Below, in pieces: positions 40,715 to 53,514 of a stretch of DNA of 64,000 nucleotides (position 1 is its first letter; each line of letters begins with the position of its first letter). Made by a program: the position numbers and the translations under genes. A model generated the notes under the pieces. It was not told the DNA's origin, searched no databases, and saw only the letters and a list, made by a program, of their open reading frames with translations. This stretch comes from Octopus sinensis (lineage: Eukaryota). The stretch spans positions 6,138,001 through 6,202,000 of the forward strand of contig NC_043007.1 in NCBI RefSeq assembly GCF_006345805.1, written 5' to 3'.

Positions 40715-41259
40715 CAGGTATATGATATCTGATATATTTATGGCAAGATATTAACAAAGATAAATATTAATCAACTAAAAAAAATGAAGAAAAACGATAA
40801 GAAAAAACAAACAAACCCATGATAACAGGTGAGTCATTTACCTATTTTATGACGGCAGGTGAAAAATGCTTGAAATCAAGATATGGAGGGTGCTATGTGT
40901 AATACTATTGAATATTTATTGATCGGAATCTCGTGCTGAGCTGCAAATTCCAGATCTCTATCATAGTTTTTATTATTAGTTCTTGAATTCCACTGCCGTA
41001 GTTCTAAATTCTTTCGGTTTGAATTAATATAGAAAATCGATAATGCCATGTCACATAATGTTGAACGCGTCTGAATGATTAAAATTGTAGAAACACACAC
41101 ACGCATACACACACACAAGCACACGCCACAGACCACCATATCACACACACACACATACACTTATATATGTACACCTTCCTCTCATAGGTATATTTTGACA
41201 TATATATATATTCACACAAATATAGCCTTTAATGCATTTATCAGTATATCTTTAAATTA

Positions 41260-41300
<41 letters not shown>

Positions 41301-41760
41301 GTCCGGAAAGTTCATGCCGATTTATAGTAGCTTACCTTTCGACTTACTTTAGAACATCGTTGAGTCCATAAAATAAGATTTGGCTACACCTCCATTTAGA
41401 GCACAGTTTAAGATATCTTTTCGTGGAAGAAGGTTTATGTTCCTATAACCTGTGTTAATTCTGTAACCCTTTAAAATAGAAGATAAGAAAGTTCATTTTC
41501 AGCACTTGATGCTTTGGGAACCAGACAAAAATTGCTGGAGCTCGGGTGGGATGTGTTACTCCCCTGTCCATATTCACCAGATATTGCTCCTTCGGATTTC
41601 CACTTATTCTGGTCTCTGCAGAATAGTCAAGTGCTGAAACAAGTAAAAGTATATAATCATATAATTATGTATATTTATATATATATTTAATTATATACAT
41701 ATTATACATATATATATATAATTATATATATATTATACATATTATATATATAATTATATA

Positions 41761-41825
<65 letters not shown>

Positions 41826-41829
41826 TATA

Positions 41830-42700
41830 TAATTTCTTTATTTAAAGGGTGCAATACATGTATTTAAGCGCAACTAATAGTTACATATGTTGAGAAATAC
41901 GCAAACGTATTCTTCAGGCGCAAACAAATTGAATGAGAGAAGAAACGCGAAAAAACTGAGAAGGCGTCAAATAGAAAATGCAGAAAGTGAAAAACGGAAA
42001 ACATAACAAAAAGTAAAATGTAAAATTTGGAAAGTAAAAAGGTAAAAGAGCTATCCTACTTAGACTTTAAATGATTAGGCTGGAAAGATATCAAGTTAAT
42101 AGGCGGGATTTACCAAATGTTTTCAAAATATATTTGTGCATAAGAATGCAACCACTGATAACCTCTGACCTGGAGTTCGATGGAGAGTTAGGGATCTTAG
42201 ATCTGAACAGAATTTGCGCTCTTTCTACTAAACAACGCCTACATTTATTCGATCTATTCACATAACATAGGGATTTCTCAATTATTTTCCATTTAAGCAG
42301 AATCGGTGTTTCATTATCTTTCAAAGTTCATACTAGCTCGTCAATTTGGTTTTTCCTTTGTGCCACTGTCGAAAGGAAGCTTTGTGATTGTCGTAGCGAT
42401 TTTTAAATTCACCTTCATATAATCTAATAGAGGCTTTCTTATCAGTTGTATTATTATTTAGGGTTACAGTAACTTCTCCATTATAGATGATAGATTTAAT
42501 CATACATCATTGGCCAAGTGGACAAGGTCCTGGCTCGCGAGAGTTTGCAACTGGATTTAAGCTCTTGGTATTGACCACGTGTAATGGTATTCTTTATATT
42601 GGGCCAAACACTTGCCAGCAAATAAAAAATGCAGGAAAATATTTAATAGACATTCTTTGGAACTATCATCTAACTGCTGCTATATTATTAATTACACACA
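41830..42700 (-). mobile_element. Penelope-like element 3' fragment (GIY-YIG and 3' UTR)
   Basis: Frameshifted CPLG..CMIKSIIYNGEV..FKNRYDNHKASFR..LKDNETPILLKWKIIEKSLCY..KCRRCLVER..NSRSEVISGC..HKYIL. Confidence 0.85.
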
Positions 42701-42710
42701 TATATGTGCG

Positions 42711-42744
<34 letters not shown>

Positions 42745-43225
42745 CAAAATTTAAAGGACTGACCACTAAAAGTGGACTGTCAGCATGCTAGATATAGACG
42801 TCCGCTATTTTCCACAAAGAATATGTTCTCAAATAAAAACTCAGCACAATCCAAAGCATTAAAAATAAGCAAGACAAATGAAAATATACGAAATAAAAAT
42901 GCCTACCCATGTACTGATCAGTTTCGATTGTTAATATCCGCAAGGATAAACTGCAATCTCGTCAGCATGGTCTGTCATATAGAAATACAATTTGCTGGAC
43001 TAGATGCAAAAACGTTTGACCGTAGTCTCGCATGCAGGGAGTCCTTACCTTCGAAACACACCTTGAGTCGAACCAGGGACAGCTGATGAAGGGGAATTTT
43101 CCTTGTATTGTTTGTCCTGTACTCTGTTTTTTCGTTGTTTAAAAAAAGTCCGTTTCCTTGTTTGATTTTATGTTCTCGTCTCTCGTTGTGTTCTACGTTT
43201 ATTTGTGGTGTTCTGTACTCATATA
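42745..43225 (-). mobile_element. Solo pLTR-like module with hammerhead ribozyme
   Basis: ~480-bp unique block between TA-rich microsatellites containing an intact HHR. Confidence 0.55.
42907..42970 (-). ncRNA. Type I hammerhead ribozyme
   Basis: Reverse complement: CCATG-CTGACGA-GATTG-(loop)-CAATC-GAAA-CTGATCAG-TA-CATGG. Stem III is the palindrome ACTGATCAGT; cleavage triplet GTA. Confidence 0.9.
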
Positions 43226-43389
43226 TATGTATGCATGTATATATACATGTAGATGTAAGTATGTACATATATGTATGTATATATGCATATATTTTATTTA
43301 TTTATTATATTACTATATGACCGAACGCACGCGATATTTCTCTATTTCTTCATTCCAAGTTTATATATATTTATATATGTATACGTATA

Positions 43390-43545
43390 TACAGCGGGCG
43401 TCTTTCAATTTCTGTCTACCAAATCCACCCACAAGGCTTTGGTCGGCCCGAGGCTATAGTAGAAGACACTTGCCCAAGGTGCTGCGCAGTGGGACTGAAC
43501 CCGGAACCATGTGGTTGGTAAGCAAGATACTTACCGGAAAGCCAC
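43390..43545 (-). mobile_element. SINE family B 5' half
   Basis: Reverse complement of ccgggttcagtcccactgcgcagcaccttgggcaagtgtcttctactatagcctcggg. Confidence 0.85.
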
Positions 43546-43567
43546 TCCTATGCATATATACGTATGC

Positions 43568-44160
43568 AGGCACAGGACGTCATGAAACGTGTACAACAAA
43601 AAATACGAAGCACGAGTACATGGAATATGAACTATTCATTCGAATAACGAAATACAAATGGAAAATAAAACACACAACATAAAAAATGACCCTTCATCAG
43701 TTGTTGGCTGTTTCTCTAGTCTCGTATTTGGAGCATTTAACAACAATATACGCTTCCGATAAAACAGTTGCTCCCGCAAAGCAAATTAAATAAAATTTAG
43801 GATTTTGCAGAGGGTCAAAATAGGTAACTCAGACAGGACAGGGAAAACAAACAGGAAGGGTTGCTAAGCCTACACGAGATTGTGGTGGCGAACGCGTAAA
43901 TCAAGCGTGGACAGGAGACAAAGAACACGTCTTCCTTCTTCCAGCTATAACAGAGAAAAAGAAAGAAAGACGGCCGATGGTCACGTGGGAGCCACGTGAG
44001 CAAGGGAAGAGAGAGGGAGAGAGAGTGACAGAATAGTGGGAGAAGAGGCGGTAAAAGAATAAGAGAGAGAAACAAACGGTTAAAAAGATCGTATAGGGTG
44101 CGCATCAGAATTATTAAGATAAACCTTACTTGGAAGAGGATGCGTAACGTTCAGTCACAT
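43568..44160. mobile_element. Unclassified interspersed repeat (pLTR-like), same family as the 44413 and 45188 units
   Basis: Shares gcacaggacgtcatgaaacgtgtacaac..gacccttcatcagttgttggctg with those copies. Confidence 0.55.
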
Positions 44161-44254
44161 AATAATATAGATAATATATATTTATATCTTTTATTCTTTT
44201 ACTCTTTTACTTGTTTCAGTCATGTGACTTCGGCCACATACTTACATCTATACG

Positions 44255-44290
<36 letters not shown>

Positions 44291-44328
44291 GTATGTATGT
44301 ATGTATGTGTGTGTGTGTGTGTGTGTGG

Positions 44329-44389
<61 letters not shown>

Positions 44390-44392
<3 letters not shown>

Positions 44393-45060
44393 ATATATAT
44401 ATATATGCATATGTGGGCACAGGACGTCATGAAACGTGTACAACAAAACAGTACGAAGCACTTGTATATTGAACATGAATTATTCTTTCTAACAACGAAA
44501 TACTTGCTTTACGGGAGCAACTATATTATCGAAATTGTATATTGTTGTTAAATGCTCGAAATACGAAACTTGAAAAACAGCCAACAACTGATGAAGGGTC
44601 GTTCTTTAAGTTTGTTTTGTTTTCTATTTGTGTCTTTCGTTGTTCGAAAGAATAGTTCATGTTCCATGTACTCGTGCTTCGTACTTTTTTGTTGAAACCT
44701 TTGAAATGTGCTCTTTCTGCAATATCTGCAATTTAAAACGGCAAAGGAAGATATCAAATGTGAAAATCTTAGAAAAATGTGATATCTCCAGTATCTAAAG
44801 CGTGCTGTTGAGAATTTCGTGCAGATAGGTAGGACAAGCTGTGTGAATAAAAGATGGTCGTATTTCGAAAAACTGAGCGAGACTGCATTAAGGAAACCCA
44901 TCTTACGGTATAAGGATAAATAGAAGCAAACACTAAAATCTAAATACCTGTACCGAATGTATTGAGAGCTACTTCTTATTTGCATTTCTATATGTAGCAC
45001 ACACACACACATACACATACACACACAGACAGGTATTCATACATACAAATATATATATAT

Positions 45061-45139
<79 letters not shown>

Positions 45140-45819
45140 TGTGTGTGTGTGGTGTGTGTGTGTGTGGATATATATATATATGCATATGTGGGCACAGGAC
45201 GTCATGAAACGTGTACAACAAAACAGTACGAAGCACTTGTATATTGAACATGAATTATTCTTTCTAACAACGAAATACTTGCTTTACGGGAGCAACTATA
45301 TTATCGAAATTGTATATTGTTGTTAAATGCTCGAAATACGAAACTTGAAAAACAGCCAACAACTGATGAAGGGTCGTTCTTTAAGTTTGTTTTGTTTTCT
45401 ATTTGTGTCTTTCGTTGTTCGAAAGAATAGTTCATGTTCCATGTACTCGTGCTTCGTACTTTTTTGTTGAAACCTTTGAAATGTGCTCTTTCTGCAATAT
45501 CTGCAATTTAAAACGGCAAAGGAAGATATCAAATGTGAAAATCTTAGAAAAATGTGATATCTCCAGTATCTAAAGCGTGCTGTTGAGAATTTCGTGCAGA
45601 TAGGTAGGACAAGCTGTGTGAATAAAAGATGGTCGTATTTCGAAAAACTGAGCGAGACTGCATTAAAGGAAAACCCATCTTACGGTATAAGGATAAATAG
45701 AAGCAAACACTAAAATCTAAATACCTGTACCGAATGTATTGAGAGCTACTTCTTATTTGCATTTCTATATGTAGCACACACACACATACACATACACACA
45801 CAGACAGGTATTCATACAT

Positions 45820-45860
<41 letters not shown>
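44390..45860. repeat. ~775-bp near-identical tandem duplication
   Basis: gtgggcacaggacgtcatg begins at 44413 and 45188; differences are mostly homopolymer or microsatellite length. Confidence 0.95.
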
Positions 45861-45866
<6 letters not shown>

Positions 45867-45870
45867 ATAT

Positions 45871-45932
<62 letters not shown>

Positions 45933-46358
45933 TATATGTGTGTACGTGGGTGTGTGTGTATGTATTTATGTATACATGTATATATATTCACTGTAAAAAG
46001 TAAAGAAAAGCAAATACATTCCTTTATTATCTTCTCATACAAAAAAATTAGGGTATTGTCCTGGCATGTTTCAGAGCGGATGTACAAATTCTCCAGAGTA
46101 CAATCACCCCAGTCCGACTTCCATCTTCCTAAAAATAAATCTACAACTCATTCGCTTTTAAATCAGTCACAAACTATTACTTTGAAGCAATGGAGCAGAT
46201 ATGAAATGCGCAGTAATTTTAAGTTGCTCGAAAAATAAGGTTATACAGAAGCTCAACATATTTACTTGCTCTTCTGTGACCAAAGTTTTCAGAATCCATC
46301 CATTCGTAGGTCAGCTCCATCTTGTGTTAAAACTTGGAAGTGGTGTATAATCTGTCAA

Positions 46359-46592
46359 GGCGGCGAGCTGGCAGAAACGTCAGCACACCGGGCGAAATAC
46401 TTTGCGGTATTTCGTCTGCCGCTACGTTCTGATTTCAAATTCCGCCGAGGTCGACTTTGCCTTTCATCCTTTCGGGGTCGATTAAATAAGTACCAGTTAC
46501 GCACTGGGGTAGACGTAATCGACTTAATCCGTGTCTCTGTCCGTGCTTGTCCCCTCTGTGTTTAGCCCCTTGTTGGTAGTAAAGAAATAGGT
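46359..46592 (+). mobile_element. SINE family A, near-intact
   Basis: Near-identical to 14398-14620. Confidence 0.9.
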
Positions 46593-46599
46593 ATATTAA

Positions 46600-47045
46600 C
46601 TGTCAAATAATTTGGTGTAGGGGTTTGCTGACAACTTCTTGCAACTCGGGGTAGAAAATGCTATGCTCATGTTCGGATGCTGATTAAGTAGGTGCATATG
46701 CAATTATAATGTGCATTGATGAGGAATTACCTATGACTTTACAGAATGTAATGAAACGCTTATCAACAGCTTGAGGGACGGATGGAATCATACAAATTAG
46801 AGTCGATTTAATGGTAAAACCAACAACCTTGAAATATTGGCTCGTCTGCCGGATTTCCGCTCCCCCAAAATGTATAGCCACTTCCAACTTCTGATTCATG
46901 AGTGTCTCCAAGCCTGGTTTCTCCGAGAACAGCAATATCAATATTGAAGGAACCGATTCCTGTTGCAGTTAGTGCTGCGTTTCGTTCTAGACTCTCTTCG
47001 CTGTCTTGTAAAGTTCTAACATTCCAACAACGAAAGATTAACATG
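46600..47045 (-). mobile_element. RTE-clade LINE 5' fragment (APE endonuclease)
   Basis: CWNVRTLQDSEESLER..NIDIAVLGETRL..EVGSGYTFW.SG..GFTIKS..IIIAYAPT. Confidence 0.85.
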
Positions 47046-48394
47046 TTTCTTTTATTTTTCTCATAAGAGGATGAGATTTCATATATACATCAACGCATAA
47101 ACCCACACATGTTCACACACGCATTCTCACATTGTCGTACACCCCCCTTTGGTGCGTGTGTGAGAGCTTGGTGGGGTGTACGCAGTGTTAATTCTTTACA
47201 ATGATCCGTTACATTAAATTGTTTTTATAGTTTTGAAGATCACGAAGATCAGGAAACAAACTCATAAAAATCTAATGAAAATATACAACCAAAATATCTG
47301 GAGAAATCAGTGATTGAAATTGTTTAATTAGTTCAATAATTTATTAATTGATAAGAGAATAGTGACTTCATTGTTTGATCTTCTCGTCATTTCATCTTAA
47401 TCTTTTGCGTCTTTGAATTATCTAATTCAATATTTTCCTCTTTATTTATTTGTTTATATATTTATGCTGGTTGAAATTTATGGTGAAGATAATCTGACTA
47501 ACACAGTATTGTATGACTCTGCCTGCTTAATTTTGTATCAAGTCTTTGTGTTTATAATTTACCACGCTTCCTGAAACGTTTTAAGAATTAATCTCCACTG
47601 CAAACACCAAACAGAAATACAATGCGATGATAAGTCATGTGAACAAATCCGAAATATTATCATATATTACAAACACATTGGGGTCCTTCCTTCTGACCGT
47701 TTCTGATGCCACTACGCTGCTCCTATAATCTTTGGTTTTCTAACCTAGCTAAGTACAACTTCCAATGTACCATGATCATCCAATCTTTTCCTGTGTTCAT
47801 TATTCAATTTGAAATTCATTTTTAAAAACAGAATTGTATGTTTTGAGAAAAACTTGGATAATATTTCTTACGTATCGAGCAACACTTTACTTTCACTCTT
47901 ATTATGGTTTATGTCGTGTTGAGCTAATATTTTTGTTTTTACGTTGATGTATCTGAACTTTCTAGTAGTAGTGGCAACGAGGCATGCTGTGTTCCTGGAT
48001 CAACGATCTGCTATTGTTGATGAATCTTTATACAATTCTCAAAATGTCTAAAGACTCATGCTTATATTTTACAGATAAGCTCGGCCACTTGACTCCTAGA
48101 TTCAGTAATTGTTTCTAATTTAGTCACAAGGCCAGCAATACTGAAGGTAATAGGTTATTCAACACCATTAAAGGTTTTTGTGCTTTGCGTCTATTTAGTA
48201 ATATCTATAACTACATTAATAAGTAAGCCTTCTTTTTTAAATTAAGGCTATAAGCAAATATTTAATTGAGATTTAGCTGCATTTTTAGGAACTGACGTTT
48301 CTTAACTCAAATCTTTTCCCGCTACCTCTTATGTTTATTGATTTCCATGTAATATGGGAGAAAATGGAAAATAAGCTTCTCGTTACAAAAGGTG

Positions 48395-48520
48395 GACAAA
48401 GGGTTAGTCGATACCATCCACACCAGTATCTAACTGGTACTAATTTTTTATTCACCTCGAAATGACGAACGAAAAACTTGACCTCGTTAGAATTTGAACT
48501 GAAAACGTAACGTGTCGGAA
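48395..48520 (-). mobile_element. SINE family A, degenerate
   Basis: tagtcgataccatccacaccagtatctaactggtact..gacctcgttagaatttgaact. Confidence 0.55.
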
Positions 48521-48848
48521 TAATCCTAATTTTACTGAAACATTAAAAACACAGAAATGATTTCAAGAGAGACTTTGTTCGTAAAATACATATAATAGAT
48601 TATTACTATGAAAATAGAAGATAAAATTTGCTTGACGGCAATTGAAACAGAAGGGCAAAGAGAGAATTCTTGAGGAAAGGCATTCTGGGACGAAATAATT
48701 AGGTAAATTCTAGTGAATCCGAGAGTGTGGACACAATATAAGAGGCGAGGGAACGAGGAATGTGTGAGTTCATGAAGATGTGAGAGATAGTTTGATGGAA
48801 TGGCCTTGTTAGGAGGGACAGATTCCAGTGAGGTAGAGGGATGCAGGA

Positions 48849-48897
<49 letters not shown>

Positions 48898-49167
48898 GGA
48901 AATAAAAAGAGCGAGAAAGGATGGAAGTGTGGGGAGAGAGAAGGATTCCCAAGAGAAATTGATATCATTATTTGGGTATCCGCAACATCACATCCCTATT
49001 ATACTAAGGCATCTCGAAAAAAAAAAAAAGAGCGATATATATATAATCTACAATCACAAACATTTGTACGTATCATAATATATACGCACACATTGTATAT
49101 ATGTATATATATGTATATATATGTATATAATCTATCTATATATATCAGCATCTATATCTATCCATCC

Positions 49168-49254
<87 letters not shown>

Positions 49255-49264
49255 AATCTATATA

Positions 49265-49314
<50 letters not shown>

Positions 49315-50305
49315 TATCTATGTATATAACAGTTTGATTCGGCTCCACGCAACTTAACGTATCGTCGTCTCGTAGAACGAACCCACGAAACCGTAAGCAG
49401 ATGGAGCTGAGTCAAATTATTAATCATTAACTGCCACCAAACATGTTGAGGGACATTATCTTTCAGTTGCCTTCTCACTTATATATTACATATAAATATT
49501 CCTGACTACATAGGATTCTGTTGCCCGGTAGGACAAGTAATATGACTTAAACAAGAAAGTAATAATATAGAAAATTTTGTATTTCAATACAAACCTGAGT
49601 TGAGATCAAATTGTACAATCTTTGGCATCAATTTTCATCACTGAATTAAAAAAAGAAAGAGAAATCACTAGTTGAGTATTGTTTGGTTACAGTCATAATA
49701 CCTCCCCTAACTAGTTAATACAAATCGATACAGTGTTTCCGATATTGCTTTATTGATTACCAAAGATGTTAAAAAATACATACATGATACATAGATATAT
49801 GAATTGTGTGTGTAAAAATGCTGAGCTAGACAAATGTCCATGTAAATTATACCCGAAATCAACGAACGGCTTGCAATCACTTATGACAGCCTAATGCACA
49901 TTAATTAGATAAAAGTATCTGATGAAAATTAAAAAACGATATTTCAATCAAGCACAATGGAGAATAATTTGCAAATATGCCGGTTTTCTTCTTTATTATT
50001 TTTTATGCACGCGCGGGTGTATGTTTGTGTGTCTGTTTGTAGATACTCACACACACACATATACACGCAGAAATATATATATAAAGAGAGAGAAAGAGAG
50101 AGATATAAATATGTGACTATATATATATATATATATATAATACATATACAGATATAAATAGATGCATGAATGAATATATATATATATATATATACAAAGA
50201 GCAATAAAGATTCAAGTTAATTAAAAAATTTACTTGAATATGGTACCTAACTTAGATGCACAAAAAGAACTATACTGATTTAACAATACAGTAATGTGGG
50301 GTGAT

Positions 50306-51580
50306 TATAAGCGAGAAAGAAGCAACAAGAATGGATAGGTTTTTAGTACGATCGTTTCATACAAGGACAGGTTTTATTAAAAGTTGCAAAGATTACAGCA
50401 TATAAACGAGTCCCGTACTCATCAGCTAAAATACATGTAAGTTCTCTAGACATCCTAGTGTTTGAGGCTATACTCATGAAGTAATGTAGATAATTAAACA
50501 GATTTCTAAAGTTCATTAAAGTTCCTTAAAGATGATGCATAGTCTTATCACAGAATTTTAAAAAAAGTTTTGATAGCATCACAGAGAAGGTGACCTAATC
50601 CATATGAATTTCCATAGATATGATGAGGGATTATATACTCACAGAAGACAATTTATCCATGGTTATTAGCATTACAGAGAGGGTGAATTAATCCTTTGTA
50701 TATATGCACAGATTCCAATGGTGTAGATGTAAATTTCCAGAGAAATGGAGATGAATTTCATATTCACAGGCGATAAATTTTACAATGGTTGAACACAATG
50801 AGGTAGGTACCAATCCTTGTTATATGATTAGGTGTTTGCCATATTAATCACACTACTGCTATTCACAAGAGGCTGTAGCTATTTAACTCTTAAAGGTTGA
50901 AGGGCTTACTAGATCGGCCAAGAATAGAGAAGGGAATAGAAGAAAAGAGAGAAAATAATGGAGGAGGGAGCAAAAAAAGGGGGGGAAAGGGGGACTAAAA
51001 GAGAAGAGAAAAGGAAACAGAGAATAAGAAAAAAAAGAAGAAAGAGAAAAGAGAAAGAAATAGGGAAAGAAGGGAAAAAAAAGAAAAAAAAAAAGAGGGT
51101 TCTAGTTATACGTAGAGCTAGTAGACTGTAAGTCTGGTTTTAATCAACAGGCATCTAGGAATTGGAGGGGAAATATTCTTTGACCAGTAAACCGTTAATT
51201 TATTGCTGTTGAAATCAGCTATGAGTTTAAAGAGAATCTAAAGAGATAACACAGTCAGGGGTTAAGGGGTCAGATGCTAAAATCACCAGAAAATACATTA
51301 GGAAAATCTAAGTATAATCTTATCAAAAAGTCATTAAAAATTTACTTATTTAATTTATTCATTTTATTGTCTTAAGGAGTTGTCGTTATTATTCATACAT
51401 TGACCGACTACAGGTCAAATCTTATAAGATCATTTACAAGGTGTTAGGGGATTGTCTATCCTAATGAAGATAATCATATTATCACCGAGGAATAGCCTTA
51501 TTTATTAATAATTATGAAAGAATTATGGGCTACAGTAACTAATTATAAATTTATAATTTATTAGAGTTATGCTATTTAAA
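50306..51580 (-). repeat. Left inverted arm (pLTR copy)
   Basis: Reverse complement of 53515-54798, from tataagcgagaaagaagc to gagttatgctatttaaa, with only scattered mismatches and homopolymer differences. Confidence 0.95.
50341..50431 (-). ncRNA. Type I hammerhead ribozyme (left arm copy)
   Basis: Reverse complement of the HHR at 54673-54763. Confidence 0.85.
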
Positions 51581-53254
51581 CGTATGAACCGGGCACTAAA
51601 ATAGCTAATTTCCTAGATATTACCCTAGACCTTAACTCCAAGCTACATTACCCATTTAGAAAGGAAGGCGAAGTCACGAATTACGTAAATAAATTATCAA
51701 ATCATCCCCAAATATAATAGAATCTTTAGTAAGAAATATTTCATTAAGAATTTCAAAATTATCATCCAATAAGGATATATTTAACTCCCATTCTGAGCAT
51801 TATAATGCGGCGTTAACTAAGGCTGGATACAACCAAAAGATCACATTCGTTGATAGGGAGAACTCACGTATTCCTAATAATGAAGTTATCAGTAATCAAG
51901 TAAGCAGCAAAAAAGACCAAACCCGAAATAAAAGTAGAATTAAATTAACGGTAAACGCTAATCTAGAGTACAGGCCCAACAATTCAAATAGAAGCATTGA
52001 CCAGAACATAGGTAACTCGGATAAGATTGAAGTAGATAAACCTAAGATGCACACAAATAAAAATAAAAATAATGGTAATAAATACCATAACTCCGGTGAG
52101 ATGAATAGTAGTAATTCTACGAACCCTAAATTTTATAAAAAGATATATTATGGCTGAATATTCCTTTCAACTGTGCGATACAATCGGATATACAGAACAA
52201 ATTCAAAGTAATTCTGAAAAAAAAATTTCCCTATCTCTCATAGATATCATAGAATTATTTCTAGGAAAACAGTTAGGATTTCTTATTCAACCCTCCCAAA
52301 TATGTCCACTTTATAGCTAAAAAAAATTAATAATAACAACATTAACTAGCCAGGAAAGATAGAAATAAAAATAATATTATCAGAATGAATACCAATAGCA
52401 ATAACAATAATACTACCAACAACAATAAAAATAGCAATATGAACTATCAAAACATAGGTGAAATTAGTAACCACAGAATGACTAATAACATTAACATTAA
52501 TAGTAATAATAACAATGCCGATATTAATAGAAGTAATATTGTTAATAATAGAAATAATAGAAATAGGCTAATGGTGAAAATAGGGAGAATGAAAATATCA
52601 GTGATATCTATAACAATAATATACAGTTGGATAAAAAGACTAACAATAATAATAACATTACGAATAATATAAGAAATCTTGGTAGGACTTTACACCTAAA
52701 TGATGAAACGGAAGGATCAATAAATAATAGCAATACTTTAGATATCAGTACCAACTATAGAAATGATAATCAAAATAATAGGAACCTTAAACATCTACCC
52801 AGGAATAATCCAAGGCCTGAAGTTGTTCCTCCTGTGTGTAAGTGTAGAATAAAATCAAAATGCCCGGCACCTGGTCTATGTAGGGAAAATAATGTAATCT
52901 ATAAATGTACCATATCCACGGAGAATAACAATATTTTTACATTGGCTGTACAATTAATTTTTAGCCAGAGTTAGAATCACATCTCGACTTTTAAATTACG
53001 TCATAAAGCTGGTACCACCACACTTTCAAACAAAATCTGGGAACTCAAAATAATAACAAAAATTATACCCTTAATTGGAAATAGTTAGGAGAGCAATTCC
53101 GTATAAAAATAGTAGGGTTGGTTGTCAACTATGCTCCATGGAGACGTACGAAATTCTAAAGCATAGTAAACATAGAAACTTATTGAATAACCATATCGAA
53201 CTAGGTCAAGTTTGTGTCCACGCTAAATTGAAGACTTTAAAATATTTTAAATGA
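51581..53254 (+). pseudogene. PLE ORF remnant: RT C-terminus/thumb, Asn-rich linkers, GIY-YIG (several frameshifts)
   Basis: [45 protein letters not shown]; ILWLNIPFN (WFNPPF-like); CKCRIKSKCPAPGLCRENNVIYKC..TYIGCT..HISTF..TTLSNKIWELK..LNWKIV..PY..CQLCSME; TGA at 53252-53254. Confidence 0.9.
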
Positions 53255-53514
53255 TTGGAATATTCATAACTAGATAGATAGATATAACTTGATTTCTACT
53301 AGTATAGCACTGCTTTAAGTAGATAACTAAGAGTTCTCACATTACAGTTATCTTTATCCTTTTCCTTATATCCACATCAGTTTTTGAGAAGGGAAATGAA
53401 TAGTACTTATTCGCTACTTAATTGAGGCTTTATTTAATTTCAAACTCGCAATTTTTAAATTCTTAATTTTAAATCTTAATTGTAATATTAATTTTAATTC
53501 CTAACTTAATCTAA

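Noticed and set aside
43040-43100. Possible type II hammerhead (GAAA upstream of CTGATGA on the plus strand)
   Set aside because: No stem I can be formed and stem II is weak.
44586-44660. CTGATGAAGGG motif (also at 45363 and 43693) as an HHR core
   Set aside because: No stem II followed by GAAA/NUH at a compatible distance on that strand.
53250-53330. SECIS or selenoprotein signal in the PLE (reported for some Naiad-type elements)
   Set aside because: The conserved Cys positions are normal TGT/TGC codons and no SECIS helix pairs downstream of the stop.
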